Shown here: one piece after another, positions 39,040 to 51,773 of the stretch | Numbering within the stretch: position 1 is the first letter of the stretch | Layout: every line of letters starts with the position of its first letter | NCBI RefSeq assembly: GCF_001194135.2 | Contig: NC_068984.1 | Coordinates: 144,361,821-144,425,820, forward strand | Direction: 5' to 3' | Length of the DNA: 64,000 nucleotides | From: Octopus bimaculoides | Lineage: Eukaryota | Program-made: the position numbers and the translations under genes | Notes under the pieces: model-generated | Database searches by the model: none | What the model was told of the DNA's origin: nothing | Seen by the model: the letters and a program-made list of their open reading frames with translations, nothing else

Positions 39040-39296
39040 TATTGGGTTGGTGCATAATTATTGCGGCTTTTTTTTTTCAACAAATTTTATTCAGCAAAAA
39101 CAATAACAATATTTAACAAAATCATCTTTAAATGCCGGTCTGACCGTCTGCCAATCAAATGGGAAGCAGTAATTGAAGTAGATGGTGAATATGCTCTGGA
39201 ATAATTATTTAAAGATGTTTTTATTACATGTTGTTATTGTTTTTGTTGAATAAAATTTGTTGAAAAAAGCCGCAATAATTATACACCAACCCAATA
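39040..39296. mobile_element. Mariner-derived MITE with ~95-bp TIRs
   Basis: TATTGGGTTGGTGCATAATT...AATTATACACCAACCCAATA within a (TA)n site. The centre encodes a transposase C-terminal relic (DRLPIKWEAVIEVDGEY). Confidence 0.85.
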
Positions 39297-39367
39297 TATA
39301 TTTATATTGCATGTATACATACTCATGTATAAAATATATTCTTAGATATATATTACAGACACGCATG

Positions 39368-39402
<35 letters not shown>

Positions 39403-39568
39403 CATACCTGCTATTGTTATCTATTTATGTATGAGTTTTGAAAGTTGTATGGGAGTATGTTTAAGAAGTGACATGTCTTCAGAATATCTCTGCAATAAAA
39501 TTTGCTCCACCTTGCTGGTTGTCATTTATTTTAATGACAATTTTTCACTTTGTTTCCATTTCCTTCAG

Positions 39569-39645
39569 ATTGTAAGAAAAAGAAAACCAAGACTAAGAAT
39601 GCCTGTGCCAAAACTGTGATTAAAGAGGAACCACCAACTCCTGTG
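39569..39645 (+). CDS. GTSF1: GTSF1-like coding exon 7 (basic patch)
   Basis: NCKKKKTKTKNACAKTVIKEEPPTPV; tttccttcag/GTGAGA; phase 1 to 0. Confidence 0.78.
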
Positions 39646-41412
39646 GTGAGATTTTCATTTTCTGTTTCTATTTACGCCTCATGCTCTGTGGCAGAGTTAT
39701 GATCAGTCCTGCTGCTTTTGCTAAACATACCAGTATCTTACGCAGCATATAAAAGCATGCCGTTTGATTGGTTGGCAAAGATTTACCGAGTTGCAAACAC
39801 ACTCCAGCCTCTAGACTATACATGTGCTGTCGCCTCACTTTTCCTCTTGTATTACTACTGTTGCAACAGGCTCTGCTCTTCACAACTTGTTTGTTGCATA
39901 CCACTGCCATTCAAACTCTGCAGTAACCATTTAAGCACAGTCGCCCATCCTCAAGATGTCAGACTCGACCTTTTTATACAACAGGTGTTAAGTTGCAGCT
40001 GACTAAAACTAAGTATCAGCTTCAAGTCTGATCAGTCTGAGAGGGTCTGCAAAGGTCATGGATGATAGCTTATTATTTTAAAAGATGTCTTGCAAGGTAC
40101 TTGGTGACCTTGTCGGTGCAGGTGCCACTTAAAAAGTATCCAGTCCACACTGTGAAGTGGTTGGCATTTGGAAATGCATCCTGCGGTAAAAACCTTGCCA
40201 AAACTGACCTCACCTGTGCTTGTGCCATGTAAAAAGCACCAAGTCCACTCTGCTGAGAGGGTTGGACAGTTTGACCAGGTCGGCATGCTGGAAGGCTGAA
40301 CCAGACTCCAGTCTGATTTGGCATATTTTTCTATGGCTGGAGTCTGGTCCAGCCTTCCAACATGCCGACCTGGTCAAACCGTCAACTCATGCCAACATGA
40401 ACATTTATATATATATATAAGTTCAAATAAAAGTTACAAACTTCATTGAGAGATAGCAAAATCCTATGAAAGTTCTGGTTAGTTACCTGTACAAAGAATG
40501 TTGAACATTACAAATAATAGTAAAGATTGTTTGCCAACATNNNNNNNNNNNNNNNNNNNNNNNNNNNNNNNNNNNNNNNNNNNNNNNNNNNNNNNNNNNN
40601 NNNNNNNNNNNNNNNNNNNNNNNNNNNNNNNNNNNNNNNNNNNNNNNNNNNNNNNNNNNNNNNNNNNNNNNNNNNNNNNNNNNNNNNNNNNNNNNNNNNN
40701 NNNNNNNNNNNNNNNNNNNNNNNNNNNNNNNNNNNNNNNNNNNNNNNNNNNNNNNNNNNNNNNNNNNNNNNNNNNNNNNNNNNNNNNNNNNNNNNNNNNN
40801 NNNNNNNNNNNNNNNNNNNNNNNNNNNNNNNNNNNNNNNNNNNNNNNNNNNNNNNNNNNNNNNNNNNNNNNNNNNNNNNNNNNNNNNNNNNNNNNNNNNN
40901 NNNNNNNNNNNNNNNNNNNNNNNNNNNNNNNNNNNNNNNNNNNNNNNNNNNNNNNNNNNNNNNNNNNNNNNNNNNNNNNNNNNNNNNNNNNNNNNNNNNN
41001 NNNNNNNNNNNNNNNNNNNNNNNNNNNNNNNNNNTGTAAGCCTAGTACTTATTCTATCGGTCGCTTTTGCCTAACTGCAAAGTTACGGGGCTGTAAACAC
41101 ACCAGCATTGGTTGTCAAGCGATGTTGGGGGGGACAAACACAAACACACAAACATATACACACACATATATACATATACGATGGGCTTCTTCCAGTTTCC
41201 ATCTACCAAATCCACTCACAAGGCTTTGGTCGGTCCAAGGTGCCACGCATTGGGACTGAACTTGGGATCATGTGGTTGGGAAGCAAGCTACTTACGTCTC
41301 TCTACTTTCTTACCTTATTTATATAGATATAGTGTGCTTGTGAATATGTGTGTGTGTGTAGTAGTAGTGGTAATTTGATATTTCTAAATCTTTAATTTTT
41401 TTCCCAAATCAG

Positions 41413-41520
41413 ACAGCTGAAGATGAAGCCAAAACGATTCGTCGTCTTCGAAAGAAACTTCGTCAGATTAGTCTATTGGAAGAACAAAAGTCTGCTGGAT
41501 TGTCACTTGATAAAGACCAG
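41413..41520 (+). CDS. GTSF1: GTSF1-like coding exon 8 (PYM/eIF2A-like coiled coil, part 1)
   Basis: TAEDEAKTIRRLRKKLRQISLLEEQKSAGLSLDKDQ; 108 nt, phase 0 to 0, donor GTATGT. Confidence 0.82.
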
Positions 41521-41942
41521 GTATGTTACTTCCATCGAACCTTTTGCTTTTAATATGTGACATTATGTCCCTCTCTGTGTGGTCATTCAGTCTGCTAGAA
41601 ATAACAAACTAAAACCCCTATTATTGGAACATCTTTGTGGTTGTCTTTTGAAAACCCAGTTTGTATTTATCAGTATGGTCTATCAGTATGGCTGTCAGTA
41701 ATGGTATATGGTACCTGCTTACAGCTAGGTGGACTGTGAATATGTCGTGATATGTCCTTCTTTGATTATTTTATCTTTTCTCATTTTCTCCCCCTCTCTC
41801 ATCTTTGTCTATATGTTATGCTAACCCCTAACATCCAGTTCTATCTGTGACACCAGCCCCTTGCTTCAGTTTGTTTTGCTACACAGAATTGGCTTTTTTC
41901 TGGCCCCTCAGTAGAGGAATCTGCCTGCTACAGTTCTCAAGA

Positions 41943-41974
<32 letters not shown>

Positions 41975-41977
41975 GCA

Positions 41978-42789
41978 TACGAGGGGAAGTCAAAAATTAT
42001 CTGCAGTTTTGCCATACCATATCTTTATTCTTGTCACACTGCCTTCTGCAAATGCATGCTTATGGTTGGTATTATTGTGGTCATGTGACTGAAGTTTGAG
42101 CCTGATCACACCATCTTTCTTTCTGGCTTTACAGTGTAAANNNNNNNNNNNNNNNNNNNNNNNNNNNNNNNNNNNNNNNNNNNNNNNNNNNNNNNNNNNN
42201 NNNNNNNNNNNNNNNNNNNNNNNNNNNNNNNNNNNNNNNNNNNNNNNNNNNNNNNNNNNNNNNNNNNNNNNNNNNNNNNNTGGCCATTCCACTAGCAATG
42301 GGCACCAAAGAAGAACAAAGAGCAGTGATCCGAGAGATGGTAAGGATGAACTGGTTCACCATTTACCATCTCTTGGAGCTTGCTGAATCTTCTCGTCAGT
42401 GGTGGAGGTTGACAGGCGTCCTGCTCCCTGTCCGGGCGTCATGCTAGTCCGGTCACTTTTAAACTTCTCGATCCCCTCATACAGTCTTCTACATGGTAGT
42501 AATGGACTGTCCCCATATTGTGCTAAAAGCCTCCAATGAATTTCAGCACCTGACACACCTTCTGTCAAGAGAAATCAAATCACTGCTTTTTGTTCTTCTT
42601 TGGTGCCCATTGCTAGTGGAATGGCCATACTTAGACTGTAAAGCCAGAAAGAAAATGGCGTGATCAGGCTCACACTTCAGTCACATGACCATAATAGCAC
42701 CAACCATAAGCATGAATGTGCAGAAGGCAGTGTGACAATAATAAAGATATGTTATGGGGAAAATGTGGATAGTTTTTGACTTCCTTGTG
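41978..42789. mobile_element. Fold-back mariner derivative with ~210-bp inverted arms
   Basis: TA-CGAGGGGAAGTCAAAAA termini. Both arms are the transposon 5' end. The minus strand encodes the transposase N-terminus (EGVSGAEIHWRLLAQYGD...GRLSTSTTDEKI). Confidence 0.85.
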
Positions 42790-42819
42790 TGTGTGTGTGT
42801 GTATGTATATATGTGAAGG

Positions 42820-43190
42820 TGTAATGGTCCAGTGGTTAGGGCAGTGGACTCGTAGCCATAGGATCGCGGTTTCGATTCCCAGACTGGGCGTTGTGAGCGT
42901 TTATTGAGTGAAAATAAAGCTCTACAAGGCTCCAGGAGTGGGTGGTGGTGAACTCTGCTGTATTCTTTCACCACAACTTTCTCTCACTCTATCTTCCTGT
43001 TTCTGTTGTACCTGTATTTCTAAGGGCCAGTCTTGTCAGACTCTGTGTCCCGCTGAATCTCACCGGGAACTACGTTAAGGGTACACGTGTCTGTGGAGTG
43101 CTCAGCCACTTGCACATTAATTTCATGAGCAGGCTGTTCCATTGATCGGATCAACTGGAACCCTCGTTGTCGTAACCGATGGAGTGCCAT
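42820..43190 (+). mobile_element. Full-length tRNA-derived SINE
   Basis: A/B-box head (tggtccagtggttagg...gtttcgattcc) and family tail ending ccgatggagtgcca. Confidence 0.75.
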
Positions 43191-46100
43191 GATATATGTA
43201 TGTATGTATGTACTTACATTGTCAAGAATGTAAATTTGGTTTCCTGTTATTCTACTACTCAATCAAACAATATGCAAAGATTGTAACAGATATTTTCGTT
43301 CTGTTTTTTTTTTTTATTGAGCTTTTCCTAAATCTTTTACACATGAAATATTTCTTGTTATTGTAAGAAATTTTATTTCAGCCTTATTTTCTATCATACA
43401 CTTCATGTAAGTTGACTTTGAATTGTTTTGCTGTAAATTTTTGTGGTTTGAATTTGTTCTGAAAAGTCATGTTTAATTCGGAGTCATTAATTAACAGGTG
43501 TTTACAGTTTTTGGCATTTTTTCATTTTACTGTATATCATCATCACCATCACTCATCATTCACTTCTGTATGCTTGCATGGATCAGATGGAATTTTTTGA
43601 GGCAGATTTTCTATGGCTGGGTGCCCTTCCTGTCACCAACCCACACCTGTTGCCAAAGTAGACGTTTTTTTTTTACATAAGATTGGAAAGAAACAACTTG
43701 TATAACGATGCCACTCATTTACATCTCTCATGTGATGTCTAGATAAAGCTACACACACACCCAACAGATTTCCTTATAGCTTCCTTCTAGAAAACCCCCT
43801 CACAAGGCTTTGGCTGGCCTGGAGTAATAGTAGAAGACACTTGCCCAAGGTGTCACACAGTGGGACTGAACCTACACAGTTAGGAAGCAAGCTTCTCAAC
43901 TACACAACCATGCACACACACACATATATATCTATTTCCAATTTGGTCATGCGTCTCTGCTCTACCCCGAGTGATATTGATGGTAGCAAATTTCTGGTTT
44001 CTTCAATTTTAGGCTCTGAGGCTTTACTGTCTGGTTTCATGTCTTTGTAATGTGTATATCAAAGTTCTTAGTTTAGTAAATCAATTAGATTTAATTACAA
44101 TCTATTCATACTATAAACTAGGTGAGGTCTTTGAAATTACTTATTGAGTACTGCCTTGGTACTTTACTAATACCTTGTGTCCTGAGAAATATTTCCATCT
44201 TAATTATGCATATGTGTGTGTGTGTCATTGTAAAGGAAAGCTGTTTTCCTGTGATGAAACACAACAGCTCTTCGCGTATTTGTGTTAAAATCTGCTGGAA
44301 CTTAAGAATATTGTGTGGTAAGAAGCTTGCTTCCCAACCACGTGGTTCCGGGTTCAGTCCCACTGCGTGGCACCGTGGATAAGTGTCATCTGCTATAGCC
44401 TGAGGCTGACCAAAGGCTTGTGAGTGGATTTGGTAGACAGAAACTGAAAGAAACCCATCGTACATATGTGTGTGTGTGTGTGTGTGTGTGTGTCCTCCAT
44501 CATCACTTGACAACTGATGTTGGTGTGTTTACGTCCCCCTAACTTAGCAATTCGGTGAAAGAGACTGATAGAATAAGTACTAGGCTTACAAAGAATAAGT
44601 CGTGGCATCAATTTGACCGACTAAATGCGGTGTTCCAGCATTTTCATGTCTTACAATTTGATGACGTCATCTTCCCTCACAAAATTTTCACTTGTAAAGA
44701 AAACTTGTACCTGAAGTGTACCATCTACACACTGCCACCAGGTTCATATCCAGGATTCACAATCAAAATATCATTTTATAATTTTCAATCTTTCTTGTGT
44801 TTTAAAGTTATTTCACTTTTGATTTTTTTTTTTTTCCAATCTTTTAAATTTAAAAAAAAAAAATTTTTTTTTTTACCCTTTCCTGTTCAGATCATTCTTC
44901 CAAATTATAATCCTTATTTATCCTCATTGTTTAGAATTAATTATGGATTATCTTGTGGCTTCAAGATGTCCATGATACAATTGTTTATTTTTAGAATGAT
45001 ATTATAGAGGAGGAGTGGGGGGCCACATCTGGCCAGTTTGAATATAAAACAGAATATTTGAGTTGGACTTGGCCAGTTTAAATGCTAAAGGATGGAAAAG
45101 GATGGGGTGGGTGAGTCAGATTAGGGAGTTTCTCTAAGTTCCTTGTTTTATAAGTTTTGTTCTTTCTGTTCAAACATTTAAAGTTATTTCACCATTTTTA
45201 AAATTTATTTATTTCAATATTTCTTACAAATGTTTAAAAGTTATTTTAATGTTTTCTGTTCCTGTTTTTCTTTGAAATGTTTAAACAAAAAATTTGGGGT
45301 GGTGGTGGTAAGAATATCTACATGTTTACCACATATTGAGAGGAGTGGTGGTGGTCTTTACATGTGGTACTACATGTTGGGTAAACATTGGCTGCTTTGG
45401 CCAACCACGTGTTCTGAAATGTCATGGACACTGCTCTTTCCTCCAGATCATCATCATTTAACATCCGTTATCCATGCTGGCATGGGTTGGACGGTTTGAC
45501 TGGGACGGCACGCTGGAAGGCTGCACCAGACTCCAGTCTCATTTGGCATGGTTTTCTAAAGCTGAATGCCCTTCCTAATGCCAACCACTCCGAGAGTGTA
45601 ATGGGGGCTTTTATGTGCCACCGGCATGACACCAGTATCTGCCACAACTGCGATTTTGCTTGGCTTGATGGGTTTTCTCAAGCACAACATAATGCCAAAG
45701 GTCTTGGTCATTGCTTCCGTGAGGCCCATCTTGAAACAAAAAAGAAAAAATAAATTTGTAAAGATTTAGTCAGTAAAACTGGTCAATCAGTGATTGTTTC
45801 CTGTCGAATAAATTGGGCTGTGCCAGGATATGAAGTATAAATTATTTCCGACATAACTTTTGTTCAACAATGTCCCTTACGACAGACATTTTTGTTTCGG
45901 ACATGTCATTTTACACATACACCACTCCTTGTTGGGTACTTACCCCTTCAGCTGTACCCTTTTATTTTGGTACTTACCCCTTTAACCATTTGTTTTGCCA
46001 GTGTCCTTTCAAGCTTATATTGTTTCTGATTTTAATCCCCTTTTCTCTACAAATCCCCGGATTAGTTTTCTCAACACAGGTACAAAGCTACAGGTTTGCA

Positions 46101-47556
46101 TGAGAAGAGTAGCTGATTAGACTGACCCCCAAAATTGAGCTGGTATTTATTTTATTGATCCCTAAGGATGGAAGGCAAGGCCAGTCTTGACACGATTTTA
46201 TCTCAGAACATTTAGGAACAAACGTGGCCGATGCCAGTGCTGCCTTGACTGGCTCCCGTGCCAGTAGCATGTAAAAAGCACCATCCGATCGTGGTCGATG
46301 CCACCCACCTATGGCTCCTGTGCTGGTGGTACGTAAAAAAAAGCACCCTCTACACTCTCGAAGTGGTTGGCGTTAGGAAGGGCATCCAGCTGTAGAAACA
46401 CTGCCAGATCAGGCTGGAGCCTGGTGCAGCCTCCTGGCTTCCCAGACCCCAGTTGAACCGTCCAACCCATGCCAGCATGGAAAACGGACATTAATCAATG
46501 ATAATGAAACAAAAGACATTTTCTCTATTAAATTAAACAGATCCTACTTTTTGGAACGAGGTGTCTTACCTCCACCACGTGGATAATGTAGACAAATTAT
46601 TCAATGCTAAGAACAGCCAATGATAACCTCAACATCATCCACGCTACGTTATGGGTTTCTTTCCCGAGACACAATGCTTTTATCCTGAATTGATGAAAGA
46701 GAGCATGAGGTCTGATGACACCAAAGATCTTCAAAACCCATCAATACTTAAAAGAATCTTAATGTTGACAGACAGACAGACACATTCTGAGTTTTATATA
46801 TATATAGATGACTCACACTTGTTATAGACTCTTATTATTCTGTTTATGAGAGAAGTGATATTCTTTGAGTACGCACAGCTATGGTCTATGATGTTGGATT
46901 GTGTCAGTCTTTGTGTAAACATAGCAATGGTGCAGGGTTATGACATTCCCTCTAAAGATAACTGTGATGTGCTTGTGATCAGGAATTTGTGATCTTCTTT
47001 CTTTGTAATCATAGCTGTGATATGTGATACTGTCCTCTCAGAATTAAGTATTTCAGAATGCCACTTATCATCATCATCATTGTTTAACATCTTCTTTCCA
47101 TGCTGGCATGGGTTCGGATGGTTTGACTGAGGACTGGCAAGCCAGAAGGCTGCACCAGGCTCCAATCTTATCTGGCAATGTTTCTACGGCTGGATGCCCT
47201 TCCTAATGCCAACTGCTCCAAGAGTGTAGTGGGTGCCTTTTACATGTCACTGGCACCTTACAAAGGTTTCAATTGCTTGTCATCTCCTCCATGAGACCCA
47301 ACATTCGAAGATCAAGCTTCACCACCTTATCCTATGTCTTCCTGGGTCTACCGCTTCCACAGGTTCCAGCACTAAACTATATTTCTCAACACAGGCCGGT
47401 CCCTACAGTTTCTTATGTTACAGTCACATCCTCATACTAAAAATATTGTTCACACTTACTCTAACAATTCAACCAATTGTGCCCTGAATAAACTTTGTCA
47501 AATGTTTGAATTTTTACTGATTTAAAAAAAATTTTCTGTTCTTTTTCATTCATTAG

Positions 47557-47615
47557 ATCGCCAAAATAGCAATGAAAGAGACGTTATGTAAACAACTCGA
47601 ATCCCTAGAATTAAG
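47557..47615 (+). CDS. GTSF1: GTSF1-like coding exon 9 (PYM/eIF2A-like coiled coil, part 2)
   Basis: IAKIAMKETLCKQLESLEL continues the exon 8 motif. Acceptor ctttttcattcattag, donor GTCAGT (phase 2). If unspliced, it stops at 47631. Confidence 0.8.
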
Positions 47616-48454
47616 GTCAGTCTGTTTATGAGTATTTTGATTCTTAAAAAAAAGAATAACTCTAGAAGACCAATATTTTGTTTTTGGGATTTAGATATGG
47701 GATTTCTCTTTTATTGAAGCTATTCACCCTCACTTCAACCTCCAAACATTGAAAGATGTCATTTAATGTATAGAGATACAAGCTACAAATAACTCTTTGT
47801 TTTGGTGATGCTGGTCTACACAGATTTTTATAACACGCCTTGTGTCTCCAAGTAATCTTCAAGCTTTGAGCACATGCTCTGTTTAATTTGAAAACTGAAC
47901 ACTGATACAAAAGAAAAATGAGAAGGCAAATGCTAAAAGTGGAACGGTAAATAAAAATAGAGAAAAGAAATTAGTTATGTCCCCTTTGACTATAAAGCCA
48001 TAATCAAGCTGGTGATTGTAGAATAATTCAATGGAAAAGGTTCCAAAGCCTGCGAGACAACTGCTCGATCGGGTGAGGGTGGTGTCCTCCAGTTTGCCAA
48101 AAGGAATTTGTCCAGATGTTTGCATTTGCTGAAACTCAGCAGTGCAGTGGAATTCTTAGATCTAAAAAGAACGTGATCTTCCAACTATGCATAAGTTGCA
48201 TTTCTTAGATCCATTAAGAAGAATTGGGGAGAAATGTAATCTCAGAAGGCTAAACCTCACAAAGAAGATAAAGGAGCTCCACAGAAGAGATGATTTTTGG
48301 TTGAAGCAACCATGCAGCCCATGTACAATGGAAAAGTACATGTAAAAATGTTGATGAAGATGACACACACACACGTGTGTGTGTGTGTATATATATATAT
48401 TCTTACTACAAATCTCCTCTTATAGATGTAATAATCCATTCTTCTACTATTACC

Positions 48455-48503
48455 GTCTCTGATGAAGGGATACATTGGATCTTCCTTGAAACAGCTGTAA
48501 GAC
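48455..48503 (+). ncRNA. Minimal type I hammerhead ribozyme-like motif (Penelope-type)
   Basis: GUCU-CUGAUGA-[AGGGA...UCCUU]-GAA-AC-AGCU-GU-A|AGAC: intact core, 4-bp stem I, palindromic stem III loop, GUA cleavage triplet. Confidence 0.65.
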
Positions 48504-48646
48504 TTTATACATAAAATATAATTCTAACTTTGCCATTGGTCTCTTTATCCTTTTCTTTCTTTATACATANNNNNNNNNNNNNNNNNNNNNNNNNNNNNNN
48601 NNNNNNNNNNNNNNNNNNNNNNNNNNNNNNNNNNNNNNNNNNNNNN

Positions 48647-48680
<34 letters not shown>

Positions 48681-49111
48681 GAATGGTATGACAACAAGGG
48701 ACTGACTGAGACCTTGATATTATGTAATTAGAGGAATTTATCTGTAATATAATATGTGACAATTATTCGGTTGCCTGGATGTTGGGGTGGAAATCTGCTC
48801 TGGCATCTCGTCAGTTAAGACAATCAAAAAATGCCAGACATCCGAAACTCAGTGTTTTATTATGACAACCAAATAATTGTCACATATATTGCAGATATGT
48901 GTGTGTGTGTGTGTGTATATTTGTTGGTGGGGGGGGGGATCACAAAGAAGGTGAGTATTCAAATATAGGCTTTGTCGGAAGCTGAGGTAGATTTAGTGAT
49001 GTTGTTTTAGAGTATAAGTCCAGTGTGCCTTGCTGAGGTTCAAGTAAATCAGCACAGTTACCTTTCAAACACTGAACTTCCTACAAATGGTTTTTCTTTT
49101 CTCTTTTCCAG

Positions 49112-49121
49112 AGACCATTGA
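49112..49121 (+). CDS. GTSF1: GTSF1-like putative terminal coding exon (R-D-H-stop)
   Basis: Strong acceptor (tttttcttttctcttttccag). Phase 2 joins exon 9 to give AGA GAC CAT TGA. Confidence 0.5.
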
Positions 49122-51717
49122 TGACTAGTGGAGCCTTAACTGCCGAAATTCTTTGAATTTATATATTCAGAAATATTTTATTTTCCTTTCTAAACATTTG
49201 TCAGAAACCTGGTGAATACTGAACTCAAGACGTTTGAGTTTCTATCGCAGCAAGTATTGTGTTGTCCTTAGACAAGACTCTTAACACAACATGCTTTGCA
49301 AATAATAATAATAATAATAATTTTTTAAAAAATCATCCCACCTTTTAAAAAAAAAATTCTAATAATCTAATATTTTTTCCCCTTAAATTCATTTTCCATT
49401 ACAAGTTTGGAAAATGCATCAAAATATGAGAGAAAATGATATCTGAGACTTCAAATTGTTTGCTAAGGGCTTGTGCAATCACTGTGAGCTGGAATTAAAA
49501 AAAAAAAAGAAAAGAAATTGTCTCATGACATCTTTTTGTTGCTACAAGTTCAATTCTTCAATTGTTAGTTGAAGTTACACTCTAACCTCCAGCCCCAAAT
49601 CTCTTGTCTTAATCCTAATCCTTAACCCCTAACCCCACATCAGCTGTATGATCGAACACCACGGGGAAAATTTCTTTCACATTTGACTCAGTAAATCATT
49701 AATGCTGAGAAGAAACCTTTAAATTTCTATTAATGTAGAAGAATGTAAGTTTGGTCTCAATAAGCTAAGGTCATTAATTTTTAATTAATCTTTTTCACTA
49801 CATCACAACTTGCTCAAAAATGTCACCCCAAACCACATAATTGCCTTCACATGACTGACATGTTAAGATCTCCCTTCATATTTCTCTGGTAGAATCATTA
49901 GAGTTGGACTTAAATACTAAGCAGCATTTCTTTCTACACATGTTCTGGTTTCAAATTCTGTCAGGGTTGGCTTTGCTTTCATTCCTTTCGGGGTTGATGA
50001 GTACCAGTTGATCACTTGGGTTGATGTAATCCACTAGTGCCCTCCCATCAAAATGTCAGGCCTTGTGCCTATAGTGGAATTTATTATTATTATTATTATT
50101 ATTATTAATGCTCTGAATTGGCAAAAACCTTTTTTTATGCCAGACATAATGCCTAGCAGTCTTTGTTCTGGTCCTTTTATAGTCTGAGTTCAAAGACCAT
50201 CAAGGATGATTTTTGCCTGTCATCCTTTCATGGTCAATAAAATAAAGGAGCAGCTAAAGACTGACAAATGACTTGTCCCCTCCCCTCAAAATTATCAGCA
50301 TTCTGTCTATATTCAAAACTTTATTAGTGGGGCAGTTGTTGGCATTTATTTGTAGAGAATCGGACAGACTGTCTGGCAGTATTTGCGTTTCTTTAGGTTC
50401 CAGTTCCAATTTTGCCATAGTTGACTTTCGTCTTTCGTGTTATCATAACAATCACCAATTGTGACAGTTCCACCATTATTATCTCACTACTTGTACTATT
50501 TCTATTTGTGTTGCATTTTGAGTGAACCTCCTATTCATTGTATTACTATTGGCTTCACAAATGATAGAATTATGAACATTACCATTACTAGCATTATTAT
50601 TATATTATAAAAGAAATCATTATTATGAATAACAGCAGCAACAGTATAAAGATGAGGAAGTGTAATAAAAGTAATGATAATAATTACAATAATAGTGGTA
50701 GAGGCTACGGCAGTTATATTAGCAACCATAATGGAAATAAGATAAATTAATCTGCAAAATGAGGCAGTATTACAGTGACCTATTGTGGTATAACACTCCC
50801 CATGGTCTACAAATATTATACAATTGGTTAGGAAGTTTTCCAATGTCTTGGAGAAGCACTTCCCTCTGTCTCGTAGCTATAGTAGAATCTTTAACCAACA
50901 CAAAATTAAGCTCTCTTTTTTTGTATAACACCTATTCTGGTTGATAATGCTGCTATTAATCAGCTTAGGATTAGTAAGGATTCCCTCAATAATAGTAATG
51001 GCATTAACCCTACCTGGAATTCATTCTTGCTCAACATATCGTGTATGTAGCAGTCTGTGGGCTAAGTTCCAACACTCATTCGATTAGAGATTATAATCCT
51101 GTTGGTGGTTAGGGGCAATGATAGTCTAATAATAATAATAATAATAATGATCAAATATATTAGTAATGGCAATCACAACTGTAATGATAATATGAAGAAT
51201 GCCAATAGTTGTGTTACCAGTAATTGTACAATGAACACCCATCATTTACATAATAATTCTTATAATAGTGACATACTAACACCCTGGCAGTTACAATGTT
51301 AAATGTTCCAGCTGATCCAATTGATGGAACAGCCTGCTCGTGAAATTAATAGGAAAGTGGCTGAGCGCTCCTCAGGCCTCCTTAATGTAGTTCTCACGGA
51401 GATGTGACGTAACACAATGTAACCAGGTTGGCCCCTTGAAATACAAGTACAACTCAGTTTTGCACTGCAGCAATAAAGTGAAATCAAGTGTCTTGCTCAA
51501 GGACACAACATGCCATCGGGAGTCAAACTCATGACCCTCTGATCGTGAGCCAAGTACCCTGACCACTAAGCCACAAACACCTTCAATATTGTCTATAAAT
51601 GTAACATTAGAACTCACCTACGTATATTTACTTACTCAGAGGTGGGTTGAGAAATAACACTATCTATTCCCTTTGTCATCAATTCATGAATCTGTACCCT
51701 TCACATTCTCCCTATTT

Positions 51718-51773
51718 GTCACCGATGACAGAATGTCCCATACTCTGGGATATCCCAGAAACAGCTGTAAGAC
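51718..51773 (+). ncRNA. Degenerate hammerhead-like motif (same family as 48455-48503)
   Basis: GUCA-CCGAUGA...GAAACAGCUGUAAGAC shares a 16-nt 3' block with the 48.5-kb motif, but U4 is changed to C. Confidence 0.4.
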
